Positions 28,731 through 37,975 are shown, counted from the stretch's first letter. The stretch: DNA of 64,000 nt from Candidatus Terraquivivens ruidianensis (GCA_023267885.1 JALNLB010000004.1:4110-68109); one strand, 5' to 3'. The notes: generated by a model from the sequence alone, not told the origin. Made by a program: numbers and translations.

Positions 28731-29222
28731 ATGGGCGATGAGACGTTGAAGGTTTCGATACAGTATAGAGACGTTCGGATAGATTTTGAGGGAAAGCCAG
28801 AGGACGTCTACAGAAGCGTTATATCTTTCATGGAGAAAGCAATACCATCTTACTCGCTTGCAAGTAGAATAGCCTATTCAGTGGATATTCAAAATTTAAT
28901 CGAAAAGTTGAAGGATTATCTGGCATACAACCAAGCTGAGGGGATATTTTTACTTAAGCCTCTAAATACCCTGTCAGTTTCTGAGGCGATAATGCTTCTG
29001 TGCATAAAAAGGTACATCGAGCATGGGTTAGGCCTAGCGGAATCTCCCTCTATAAACGCCTCAGAACTTGCGAAAAACATAGCTAAGTCCGAAAAGACGA
29101 TATCAGGAAAGCTGAGCCTAATCTTACGAAAGGGCTACATTAGACGCCTAGATAGAGGAGACTACGTCGTAACCACGCTCGGCATTAAGGAGTTCGTAGA
29201 AGGTAAGGTAGAGAGAAAGTAG
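28731..29222 (+). CDS. Hypothetical two-domain protein, paralogue B
   Basis: 163 aa. LKVSIQYRDVRIDFEGKPEDVYRSV... and a C-terminal INASELAKNIAKSEKTISGKLSLILRKGYIRRLDRGDYVV. Starts 2 nt after paralogue A. Confidence 0.6.
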   Translation: MGDETLKVSIQYRDVRIDFEGKPEDVYRSVISFMEKAIPSYSLASRIAYSVDIQNLIEKLKDYLAYNQAEGIFLLKPLNTLSVSEAIMLLCIKRYIEHGLGLAESPSINASELAKNIAKSEKTISGKLSLILRKGYIRRLDRGDYVVTTLGIKEFVEGKVERK

Positions 29223-29654
29223 CTATTCACTCTTGGGTTCGCTTTCCTCGGCCTCCACTTTTGTTGCCGATGTGGACTGCGCCATATACAAGTACCTTCT
29301 GGGACGACCTATCCTAACTAGGCCGCCCTCTCTTACCATATCCAGCAACACATGAGCCACAGCGGTAGGGTCGTAATGATGGCCCCTTCTGGCCAATTCT
29401 GCCACAACCTCGGATAACGGCCTAGGTGTGGAGAACCACCCTTCGTTTAAAACGCCTTCTATCAATGCTCTACATGTAGAGCTCTCGGCCGACCTTACAC
29501 GCTTCTGAGGGCCGGATTCGGGCTCTAACGTCTCGGAAACACCGAGAGCCGCCATAACGTCCCTTACAGACCTTTCTAGTAGTTCGGGAGGCGCCTCTAT
29601 CTCCACGTTTGCCTTTCCTACCATTATCTTGACTTTTATTCTTTCTTGGGACAT
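29223..29654 (-). CDS. Hypothetical two-domain protein, paralogue C (more divergent)
   Basis: IKVKIMVGKANVEIEAPPELLERSV... and a C-terminal RPLSEVVAELARRGHHYDPTAVAHVLLDMVREGGLVRIGRPRRYLY. I prefer the second ATG (29654); the ORF track starts at 29681. Its stop codon directly abuts the stop of paralogue B. Confidence 0.55.
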   Translation of the reverse strand: MSQERIKVKIMVGKANVEIEAPPELLERSVRDVMAALGVSETLEPESGPQKRVRSAESSTCRALIEGVLNEGWFSTPRPLSEVVAELARRGHHYDPTAVAHVLLDMVREGGLVRIGRPRRYLYMAQSTSATKVEAEESEPKSE

Positions 29655-29668
29655 GAACAAATTACCCA

Positions 29669-29679
29669 AATTGCGCAAC
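29669..29679. promoter_or_regulatory. Shared TATA-like element (catttataagc) between divergent paralogue C and nurA
   Basis: The near-palindromic TTTATAA core lies ~20 nt from the ATG at 29654 (minus strand) and ~35-45 nt from the nurA GTG 29712 / ATG 29724. Confidence 0.3.
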
Positions 29680-29711
29680 ATTTATAAGCACATGAGTACG
29701 TAAAGTTAGTA

Positions 29712-30764
29712 GTGAGGGCGCGGATGGGCGCGTTCATAAACATCGAAACACCCGTTATTGAAAATTTCTTGGGAATATTTAAAGCATTTTCTAAGATAGG
29801 GTTAGGTTCTATGGAAAGCCTGAGGAAAGCCTTGCCTACCGTCAGTTTCGACGAATTTGAGCACCATATTGGCCATGATGTCATATTAGAGTTGGACAAG
29901 ATGCCTTCCATTAAGGCCTACAAGATAAAGCCTTCTGGTAAAACATACGACGTGGTTGCCTGTGATACTTCGGTCATAAAGCTGGCTGATGGACCTTTTG
30001 GCTATCTCGCTGCTTTGAGGGGGTCGGTAGTGAGGAAGGGAAGCTCTGGAGATATTGAATCATGGATAATCGGTCCTCTCATCTTTTTCGTATCCCTTGA
30101 AGATAGCATGCCTTTGCTCGCCTCTGTATCGGAGTTCATGGGTGTCCAGCCTATGAATGAAGATTTTGAGACAGTACATAAAAGCATCAGCAGCCTACTC
30201 GAGAAGTGGCTTCAGCGTTCATTAGCATCGACGTTTTCTGACTCGATACTGCTGTTTGATGGTTCGCTGACGGCTGGGCCGGCAGACAATTCCTTACAAC
30301 TAATTCGTGAGACGTTAAGCGAGGCTGAACGTAACGACAACGTCGTGCTCGCTTTTTCAAAATCAACTCACTTATCTTATATGGGAATTAGGATAACTTC
30401 CCTATTGCCGAACTTGGACCCTCCATGCGTGGTTGATGTAAGCGACGCTGTGTGCTCGCCCCTTAGGATGCATAAGTTCGGTAGGATACTCGTATCCCAT
30501 TTATCTAAGACTTTCTTTCCCTACAGGCTTGACGTAAGCGGAAGGAAAATAGATGATTGTTTGCTCGCAATAGGCAACCTTATCAGCAGCGATGCCTTGA
30601 TATATGGCTATCCAGAGACCTTGTTACTAGCCCACAACTACTGTACCTTTAACAAGTTGGACGTGTTGGCACTACAAAAGCTGCTGAGGCAGGAGTTTAA
30701 CATAGATGTTTTTAACATGGGCGACGTAAGAGATAGCCTTTTCAATCCATTGGACGGACAGTAG
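29712..30764 (+). CDS. nurA: NurA-family 5'-3' nuclease
   Basis: 350 aa. VVACDTSVIKL (first catalytic Asp context), ILLFDGSLTAG, VVLAFSKSTHL and GYPETLLLAHNYCTF match the NurA motifs as I recall them. Sits directly upstream of a HerA-like ATPase. The start is GTG 29712 or ATG 29724. Confidence 0.65.
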   Translation: MRARMGAFINIETPVIENFLGIFKAFSKIGLGSMESLRKALPTVSFDEFEHHIGHDVILELDKMPSIKAYKIKPSGKTYDVVACDTSVIKLADGPFGYLAALRGSVVRKGSSGDIESWIIGPLIFFVSLEDSMPLLASVSEFMGVQPMNEDFETVHKSISSLLEKWLQRSLASTFSDSILLFDGSLTAGPADNSLQLIRETLSEAERNDNVVLAFSKSTHLSYMGIRITSLLPNLDPPCVVDVSDAVCSPLRMHKFGRILVSHLSKTFFPYRLDVSGRKIDDCLLAIGNLISSDALIYGYPETLLLAHNYCTFNKLDVLALQKLLRQEFNIDVFNMGDVRDSLFNPLDGQ

Positions 30765-30766
30765 AA

Positions 30767-32260
30767 ATGAAGATTTTTTCTAAACAAAAGGATACATTGG
30801 ATATATTGGCATTTCCTTCGGAGGTTGTTGTTGAAAAAGGACAATATCTCATTATGAATGAGGGGGACAAATTTATGCTGGCTCAAGTGATAGATGTAAG
30901 CTATGCCGACATTCCTGGAATACTCGAGGACGTGCTACGAGAAGTTTCATTAGAAGTCGTGAGCCATGAGAACATCTTTGACCCTTTCGAGACAAAATCG
31001 CTAATGATGATGATAAAGGAGGTAAGGGTGATAAGGTGTAAGATAAGGTGTATCGTGGAAGGGGGCAGGGTCGTGCATAACAGCTCATGGCTCCCTTCAA
31101 GGTTTAGGTCAGACATATACGCCGCAAGAGTAGACCTACTGAGGAATATGATGGGTTTAATGGGTAGGCGGAGAGTTTGCATCGGGACCATTGGGGACGA
31201 AGATTTTTGGGTTGACGCGGAATCCTTCGACGGTAGACTGACCATAATAACCGGGAAGAAGGAGACCGGGAAATCCCACATAACGAAGCTGATATCGACT
31301 ACGTTAGTTGATTATGGAGCCTTGGTCATAGTCCTTGATATTAACGGAGAATACGTAAACCTAAATAGGAAAGTCGATGGAAGTCGGAGTAACCTAGCCG
31401 TTCGACATGAAGTGTTAGAACCAGGTAGGAACTTCAGGGTTAGAACAGAAGACGTTGGGCTCAGAACTCTTATGGATATACTGATTCATGTTTATGATAC
31501 ACCATCCAGCAGCTGTAGAGAGTTCTTTAGAATATGGAACATAGTAAAAAAGGAAAAAAGTAGAGTTACCCTCAGAAATTTGATGGATGCCATCCAAAGG
31601 GCACAGTTGCATGAATCTGTGAAGGAGGCACTGATGACGAGGCTTATGGCTATGGAGGCCACTGGTATAATTACTGATGAAGGAGACGACATACCGTCAT
31701 TTGAGGATGTCGTTAAGTATACCGGTGGCAAAATGATCGTGGTTAACCTTAGGGACCTGTTGCCCTCGACGAGAAGGATGGTTGTTGAGTACCTGCTCAG
31801 CAAACTCACTGAGTTGTTGCATGTAAAGAGGTTACCTCCTGTATTTCTTGTGGCCGAGGAGGCGCACCTCTACCTAAGGGATACGTACTGGGACGATATG
31901 ATAACGAGGATGAGACATTTAGGTCTCTCACCGATATTCGTGACGAACCAACCTGATTCCATACCCGAAACGATATACAGGCAGGCGGACAACATAATCC
32001 TCTTCAACTTCACCAACGAGGCAGACCTAGAGGCCATAGCAAGGACTTCACGTATGGATTCCGAGAGCGTAAAGGCAATAGCAGCCTCCCTGCCTCCGCG
32101 CTACTGCTTGCTCATAGGTTACTTAGTCAAGGACATCCCTGTCGTGGTTAGGGTTAGAGACGTCGATGTCGAGACGATGGGTAAAACTAGACTATTTTTT
32201 GATATGTTTGACAGGCAACAAATACATATACCGAGAGTGTTAGACGAGCATATAGCATGA
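30767..32260 (+). CDS. herA: HerA-like hexameric ATPase/helicase (HAS-barrel + FtsK/HerA P-loop)
   Basis: 497 aa. N-terminal barrel (VVVEKGQYLIMNEGDKFMLAQVIDVSY). Walker A ITGKKETGKSH and Walker B PVFLVAEEAHLYL. Starts 2 nt after nurA. Confidence 0.7.
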   Translation: MKIFSKQKDTLDILAFPSEVVVEKGQYLIMNEGDKFMLAQVIDVSYADIPGILEDVLREVSLEVVSHENIFDPFETKSLMMMIKEVRVIRCKIRCIVEGGRVVHNSSWLPSRFRSDIYAARVDLLRNMMGLMGRRRVCIGTIGDEDFWVDAESFDGRLTIITGKKETGKSHITKLISTTLVDYGALVIVLDINGEYVNLNRKVDGSRSNLAVRHEVLEPGRNFRVRTEDVGLRTLMDILIHVYDTPSSSCREFFRIWNIVKKEKSRVTLRNLMDAIQRAQLHESVKEALMTRLMAMEATGIITDEGDDIPSFEDVVKYTGGKMIVVNLRDLLPSTRRMVVEYLLSKLTELLHVKRLPPVFLVAEEAHLYLRDTYWDDMITRMRHLGLSPIFVTNQPDSIPETIYRQADNIILFNFTNEADLEAIARTSRMDSESVKAIAASLPPRYCLLIGYLVKDIPVVVRVRDVDVETMGKTRLFFDMFDRQQIHIPRVLDEHIA

Positions 32261-32880
32261 GCAGTGTTATGAATAGATATATGAAGATTTATGAAGAGAG
32301 ACGTGATGAGATAGAAAGGAGACTTAGAGAATTTAAGGGGATGCTTCAAAAGAGCGACGACGACGTATTTGCAGAGCTTTGCTTCTGTATATGCACCCCT
32401 CAAACTAAGGCAAGGGCTGCAGATAGGGCAATATCTGCTATGAAGGAAGGGTCGCTATTATCTCGTGGAAACGAGAGCAGCATAGCATCTATGTTAAGAA
32501 AGCATGGCGTTAGGTTTCCTGAGACAAAAGCCAAATACATAGTGGCTGCGAGGGCATACTTAAAATTGTTAAAGAGCTTGCCATCGGACGCTTTTAGGGC
32601 GAGGGGATGGCTCGTTCAAAACATAAAGGGCTTAGGCTATAAGGAAGCGAGTCATTTTCTAAGGAACGTAGGCTACGAAGGGTTGGCAATTTTGGACAGG
32701 CATATATTAAGGGGCATGAAGGAAGCTGGGATTATAAAGGAGGTACCGAAGAGCTTGACGAAGAAAGCGTATATGGAACTTGAGAAGAAGCTCATACAGT
32801 TTGCCAGAGATTTGGGTATAAAACTCGAGGTTCTTGACCTCATTATGTGGGCGGACAAAACAGGGGAAATATTCAAGTAA
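32257..32880 (+). CDS. ogg: 8-oxoguanine DNA glycosylase/AP lyase, archaeal Ogg2 type (HhH-GPD)
   Basis: 207 aa. FAELCFCICTPQTKA, RFPETKAKYIV and IKGLGYKEASHFLRNVGYEGLAILDRHIL resemble M. jannaschii-type Ogg. ATGA overlap with herA. Confidence 0.8.
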   Translation: MSSVMNRYMKIYEERRDEIERRLREFKGMLQKSDDDVFAELCFCICTPQTKARAADRAISAMKEGSLLSRGNESSIASMLRKHGVRFPETKAKYIVAARAYLKLLKSLPSDAFRARGWLVQNIKGLGYKEASHFLRNVGYEGLAILDRHILRGMKEAGIIKEVPKSLTKKAYMELEKKLIQFARDLGIKLEVLDLIMWADKTGEIFK

Positions 32881-32892
32881 ACGTGACGTGTC

Positions 32893-33837
32893 TTGAGCAC
32901 TATTAGGATAAGCGAAGATCTTAAGAATCTTCTATATAGCTTGCCAGAGATAGACGTTGAAAGCTTACTGGAAAGTTATCGGAAACCTATGCGACAATCG
33001 ATCAGGGTTAACACACTAAAGGCCAAGGAAGAGGATATTGTCAGTATGCTAAGAGAAAAGGGCGTAGAGCTCGAGAAGATACCTTGGACAAGGTATGGCT
33101 ACTGGGTTGTAAACAATGTAAACGTGGCCAGCATGCTGGAACACGTGCTCGGCCTCGTGTATATTCAGGGCGCAATATCCATGGCGCCGGTAGAGGTGTT
33201 ATCGCCTAAACCTGGTGAGCTCGTTCTGGACCTCTGCGCCGCTCCAGGCAGTAAAACTACGCAGATAGCCCAAATTTTACAGGGAGAAGGTGTGATAGTT
33301 GCTAATGATGTTAATGCTAAGAGAATAAGGGCACTATCCTCTAACGTTCAGAGATGCGGGATTATAAACTGTATCATTACCCAAGCTGATGGAAGGAAGT
33401 TTCCTTTATGGGCCAAAAGCTTCTTTGATAAAGTTCTCGTCGATGCACCATGCACGTCGCTCGGCATAGTAAGCAAAGATTGGGGTGCTGCGAAAAATTG
33501 GAGCTTTCGAGCTTCCGAAAGACTATCCAAACTACAACTCAGCTTAGCTATTTCTGGCTTCGATTGTCTGAAGGCTAGTGGCACGATGGTTTATGCTACG
33601 TGCACGCTTAGTCCACAGGAAAACGAGTGGGTCATAGAGCACCTCATTATGAGTAGGCCGAATGCACGTTTAGAGAGCATAAAGCTAGAAGGATTGAAGA
33701 TGAACAAAGGGCTTCTAGAGTGGCAACATAAGAAGTTTAATCCTGAAGTCGAGCGATGCGTAAGGGTTTACCCCTACGAGCATGAGGCCGAGGGGTTCTT
33801 CATAGTGAAGATAACGAAAGAAGGTGAGGGTTCATGA
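32893..33837 (+). CDS. NOL1/NOP2/Sun-family RNA cytosine-C5 methyltransferase
   Basis: 314 aa. LDLCAAPGSKTTQIA, VLVDAPCTSLGIV and YATCTLSPQENE. TTG start. Confidence 0.85.
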   Translation: MSTIRISEDLKNLLYSLPEIDVESLLESYRKPMRQSIRVNTLKAKEEDIVSMLREKGVELEKIPWTRYGYWVVNNVNVASMLEHVLGLVYIQGAISMAPVEVLSPKPGELVLDLCAAPGSKTTQIAQILQGEGVIVANDVNAKRIRALSSNVQRCGIINCIITQADGRKFPLWAKSFFDKVLVDAPCTSLGIVSKDWGAAKNWSFRASERLSKLQLSLAISGFDCLKASGTMVYATCTLSPQENEWVIEHLIMSRPNARLESIKLEGLKMNKGLLEWQHKKFNPEVERCVRVYPYEHEAEGFFIVKITKEGEGS

Positions 33838-34292
33838 AAAGGACGATTCTATTAAGCTCTTCGAAAAGCTCAGCGTTCCAAACCATGCTTGAGAGACAAT
33901 ATGGTACTAAAGATTTTTCGGACAAAATTTTGATTCAAGTCGGTGAGGATAAAATTAGGTTGACGACGAACGATACGGTAAAGGTTGCAGAAAAGATGCG
34001 GGGCGTGCAATCTTTGGGTTTATATGTAGCAAAAGTTAAAGGACAAGACGTCGTACTCTCAATTGAGGGGTCGCAACTCCTTTGCAACAATATTAAGAAG
34101 AACCGAATAGAATTAACTGAAGAGCAGGCTAGGCTTTGGATGGTAGGGGCGCCAATACAGTTTGAGAGGCTAATCGCGGCAAAGTACGTCGTTGCTTTTT
34201 ACAAGAACATATGTCTGGGATGTGGACGAGTTTCGGCAGACGGTAAAGTTTACCCCCAAGTGCCTAAATGGAGGCGTATACAACAGGAGTGA
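33834..34292 (+). CDS. Hypothetical protein, possibly a PUA-like RNA-binding partner of the upstream methyltransferase
   Basis: 152 aa. ATGA overlap with the NSUN gene. Its size and position recall the C-terminal RNA-binding domains of RsmF-type enzymes. I saw no diagnostic motif. Confidence 0.4.
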   Translation: MKRTILLSSSKSSAFQTMLERQYGTKDFSDKILIQVGEDKIRLTTNDTVKVAEKMRGVQSLGLYVAKVKGQDVVLSIEGSQLLCNNIKKNRIELTEEQARLWMVGAPIQFERLIAAKYVVAFYKNICLGCGRVSADGKVYPQVPKWRRIQQE

Positions 34293-34305
34293 GTTCGAGA
34301 CATTT

Positions 34306-36576
34306 TTAGCTGGTTGAGAGCGTTATCCTGTACGGTAAGTATTTATTGGTATGATATATTGCGTATCCGCTCATCGTACCAAACTGCGATAATGTACCTA
34401 TGTCTTCTTGAAGAATTATTGCTGGGGTCATCCAACCTTCTGTAATATCCATAGCGTTAATGCTGAAGAGCATCTTATGCTTTATATCGTCTGGCAAGGA
34501 GGATAATAGTTCGGACAGATAGCTTCTGTAATCATTAAACGTAATGTTCTTAATGTTGCTGTAGTAAAGCGTATCTGGCCATGAGGATGTTTTGAGTACT
34601 ATATAATCGAGTTTCTTACCAAGAAGCTCTGCATATTGCGGCTTTATCTTCACGTCTAAACTCCCTAACATTATTTGTTTTGAATGCGTCCTGATAACAG
34701 GCGAGAGCTTGTCCAGAAGATACAGGATACTTTTTACACACGCTTCATCATCGTCTTGAAATTTACCCAGTAAATATATACCGTCAAAGTTAAAGTCCTT
34801 AATAACCCTTAATGCGTTTAATGTAAAGAAGTCAGCATAAGGCTGCTCAAATAAGACGTATGTGCCGTCTGGTTTTAGTATTCGCTGGAATTCTATAAAC
34901 CCAAACTCGTTCAGTACCTCCCCATGAAGCACTTTTAACCAAACAGACTTGTAGCCGTGTACACCGTAACGTATGCTCAACCTTTCTGGTTCAAGATATA
35001 TGCCCAGCATGACAGAAACACCTCTCCTCTTTAACTCATCTACCAAACCTTTTAAGTCCCGAAGGGACCAGCTGAAAGAAGATATCGTAAACTTAGAGTA
35101 TTCTGATACACGTACATGTTCGTCGTATTTTATGTACGTGTTAACGAAATCTATGCTAAACGGTATAACGACATGGGTTACGTTGTACCTGTTTAAGAAC
35201 TCGTCCACGCCGTAACCTTCTTTTAAAACAAAAGCCGAGTCCAGACTTTCAATTACGCCAACCCTTATTGGCAGAGTTGGAGCCTTGACGCCGGCAGGTG
35301 TTGGAAACGTTGCTATCGTAACTAAGAAAAGCATAACAAGAGCTATGACCACCCATTTTGATACTACGCTTAGATTAATCTTTTGAAGCTTTGATATGTC
35401 AAAGAGGAGGGCGACTATCCTGCTAGAACCGAATATTCCTGCCGCCAACACGATGACGCCATATATACCAATTTCGTTAAAACCTAAGTTTGTAAGATTT
35501 CCAATGTATGCCAGGTCGTACCCATTACACAATCCTATGCTTCCAACAAAGAAAGCATATGCGCTAATATTCAACATGATTAGGTTTAACTTATAGTCTT
35601 TTTTCTTAAAGTACAAAGCATAAATCAGCAAGAATGGTAGAGCCCATGTTATATACTGAACGTTTACCTTCACAGATGTGGCAAGAAACGTGAGTAGCGT
35701 TAGTGTTGAACCTTTGATGAGTATCTCGTTTATGTCCGCTTCACGGGCCAAAATTTTAACAAATAGCAACGCGATTGCAACGATAAATATGGCTGTGCTT
35801 ACATATCCTAAACTCGTGGAACCTACGATTCCAGAAAGCACGACCCAATAGGTGAACTGGCCTATGTTATTAAAGTGAAAGAAAAGCTTACCAAGGTAAG
35901 ATACCGGGTCGTAAAGGAAAGGAATTGAAGATATGACTGGTACTATAGATGCGTATAAAAGGTACTCTACTGCTTTTCTTTTGAAGTCACCGTATTGAGT
36001 TTTCTTGATATAGAGCAGCATTGGTAGAACGAGTAACCCTGGGAAAATTTTTACACTCGTGCCAATACCGAGCAGAAGTGCGCTTAACCTGTATTTCCCC
36101 CTAAACATGCTGTATACTGATGTGAGACCAAAAAGGGCTGCAATAGAATCGAACATACCCCATACTGAGGAAATGAAAAACGGAAGCGGGTTTAGGAGCC
36201 ATAAAGCTGAAATTTTTATGGCCAAATGCTTGTCATCTTTAAGCAACATGACGAGTCTGTAGAGAATGAACCCGATGAGTATGTCGGAGATTATTATGGG
36301 TAACTTCACAAAAAATGCAAACATGTTTAGACTCTGTGTAAACCCGTATAACAACGAGGATAACGAAATCCAGTATAGCCAGATTGGAGGGTAAGTGTAG
36401 AAACCCCAAGGATAGTTTGGTATCTCTTCGACCTGATAGACGTTTATGCCATAGTATGCTGTCATCTCCCCTGCTTTCAACCAAGTAAACATGTCTATAG
36501 GGTGGCCAAAAAAGGGCGCAACGGCCAATCGTACTACCAAGCCGGCTACAACTATTGCCAGAAGCTTTTTATCCAT
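34306..36576 (-). CDS. GT-C-type glycosyltransferase-like polytopic membrane protein with a large C-terminal soluble domain
   Basis: 756 aa. The N-terminal ~430 aa has many TM helices, with an early HPIDMFTW loop as in DUF2029/PMT-like GT-C enzymes. The C-terminal ~320 aa is soluble with alternating beta/alpha character. Confidence 0.55.
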   Translation of the reverse strand: MDKKLLAIVVAGLVVRLAVAPFFGHPIDMFTWLKAGEMTAYYGINVYQVEEIPNYPWGFYTYPPIWLYWISLSSLLYGFTQSLNMFAFFVKLPIIISDILIGFILYRLVMLLKDDKHLAIKISALWLLNPLPFFISSVWGMFDSIAALFGLTSVYSMFRGKYRLSALLLGIGTSVKIFPGLLVLPMLLYIKKTQYGDFKRKAVEYLLYASIVPVISSIPFLYDPVSYLGKLFFHFNNIGQFTYWVVLSGIVGSTSLGYVSTAIFIVAIALLFVKILAREADINEILIKGSTLTLLTFLATSVKVNVQYITWALPFLLIYALYFKKKDYKLNLIMLNISAYAFFVGSIGLCNGYDLAYIGNLTNLGFNEIGIYGVIVLAAGIFGSSRIVALLFDISKLQKINLSVVSKWVVIALVMLFLVTIATFPTPAGVKAPTLPIRVGVIESLDSAFVLKEGYGVDEFLNRYNVTHVVIPFSIDFVNTYIKYDEHVRVSEYSKFTISSFSWSLRDLKGLVDELKRRGVSVMLGIYLEPERLSIRYGVHGYKSVWLKVLHGEVLNEFGFIEFQRILKPDGTYVLFEQPYADFFTLNALRVIKDFNFDGIYLLGKFQDDDEACVKSILYLLDKLSPVIRTHSKQIMLGSLDVKIKPQYAELLGKKLDYIVLKTSSWPDTLYYSNIKNITFNDYRSYLSELLSSLPDDIKHKMLFSINAMDITEGWMTPAIILQEDIGTLSQFGTMSGYAIYHTNKYLPYRITLSTS

Positions 36577-36627
36577 GTTGCCACCCTTTTCGAATAAGGT
36601 TGACCTTTATTATGTAAAAAAGTTTCG

Positions 36628-37500
36628 TTACGTCGCACGGGATAATATCTCAAATATAGCCCTTGCGGCTAAAAATTCCGTCACCTCATCATACGAAATC
36701 TTGCGAAGACAGACAACATCGCAGCCGACAATTTTTCCTTTTATGCTTCTAACGAGTTTCGTAAACTCTCTAAAGCCTATACCAGAAGGCTCTGGATGGT
36801 CAACAGCAGGCGCTATCGAAGGGTCGAACACGTCGATATCCAAAGACACGTACACTTTCTTACCCCTTGTCAATGTTGACAGAATCCTAATGGCAGCGTT
36901 CAGCCCCTTCTGTGATAGGAGTTTCTCAGAGGTGATAAGGGATATTCCCTTCTTCTTTGCATAAGCCAGTTGCTCTTCGTCGCCTGACCTTACGCCTAAG
37001 ACTGCAGCCTTTTTAAACATTCCTTCCTCCGATGCCCACCTGAGCCATGTCGCATCGTTCAACCTTTTATCTACCGCTACATCCTCGCCGATATAGTCAA
37101 GCTCAACAATCTTCTCGTCTATGTAACTTTCCCGTAGGTCGCAGTGAGCATCAAAAACCACTAATGTTACTTCCTTTGGCATGGCTTTGAGTGCATGGTA
37201 TGTCGCAAGGTGACCGCCGCCGAGCATTAAAGGAAGTTTGCCCTCCAGCAATATGGATGATGCTGTTTTTGTGACATTGTCCAACTCAGCATAAGAGGTT
37301 GGCTTTATGTCGCCGATGTCGTAAACCTTTGCCCTCTCGAGAAGATTTCTCTTGGATATTATGTCGAATGTCTCGATGAACCAACTAGCGTCCCTTACCG
37401 CCTTCACGGATTCTGCAGCCTTTTTTCCTAAGATTACGCCGAAGGCGATGACGTTCGATTCCTCCCTACTGTAGAGGTTGGTTATAAGCGGCTTACTCAT
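36628..37500 (-). CDS. speB: Agmatinase (arginase/ureohydrolase family)
   Basis: 290 aa. LGGGHLATY, VVFDAHCDLRE and VSLDIDVFDPSIAPAVDHPEPSG are Mn-binding motifs. Confidence 0.85.
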   Translation of the reverse strand: MSKPLITNLYSREESNVIAFGVILGKKAAESVKAVRDASWFIETFDIISKRNLLERAKVYDIGDIKPTSYAELDNVTKTASSILLEGKLPLMLGGGHLATYHALKAMPKEVTLVVFDAHCDLRESYIDEKIVELDYIGEDVAVDKRLNDATWLRWASEEGMFKKAAVLGVRSGDEEQLAYAKKKGISLITSEKLLSQKGLNAAIRILSTLTRGKKVYVSLDIDVFDPSIAPAVDHPEPSGIGFREFTKLVRSIKGKIVGCDVVCLRKISYDEVTEFLAARAIFEILSRAT

Positions 37501-37619
37501 AAACCTCTTCCGCTCCCTACCACCTTAAACGACTTACCAAGTAGGAGCGTTATAAGTTATGTTGTCAGCTTAGAAGCATGCTCAACAGTTAAATTCTCCC
37601 TGAAGAAATACGGATACGG

Positions 37620-37973
37620 ATGGATGGTATTAAGAGGTTAATAAGGACAAATACCATTAGGATAAAAATAAGGAGAGAACTTGGCGGTCAGGACTGGCTA
37701 GACATAACCCAGCTTGTAGTTAACTTTTTCCCGAAGCTCATCCACGCATTTGAGGAGGCTGACACTTCCTTTCAGGAAAAAACCTCAACATATCCACCAG
37801 AGTATTACGAGCTCTTTGTTCGTCCCGCTGTCGTGGTACTTCCACTCAAAGAAGCTGATGAGCTAATCAGGAATTTGGAAGAAAAGACGTCCACGAAGTT
37901 TAGCGAGGGTTCGTTTAGGGTATGCTTTGATGGAAAGCACTACACAATATCCGTTGAGTATCCATGCGGGTAG
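37620..37973 (+). CDS. Hypothetical protein
   Basis: 117-aa ORF in an otherwise unoccupied interval. No recognisable motif. Confidence 0.35.
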   Translation: MDGIKRLIRTNTIRIKIRRELGGQDWLDITQLVVNFFPKLIHAFEEADTSFQEKTSTYPPEYYELFVRPAVVVLPLKEADELIRNLEEKTSTKFSEGSFRVCFDGKHYTISVEYPCG

Positions 37974-37975
37974 CA

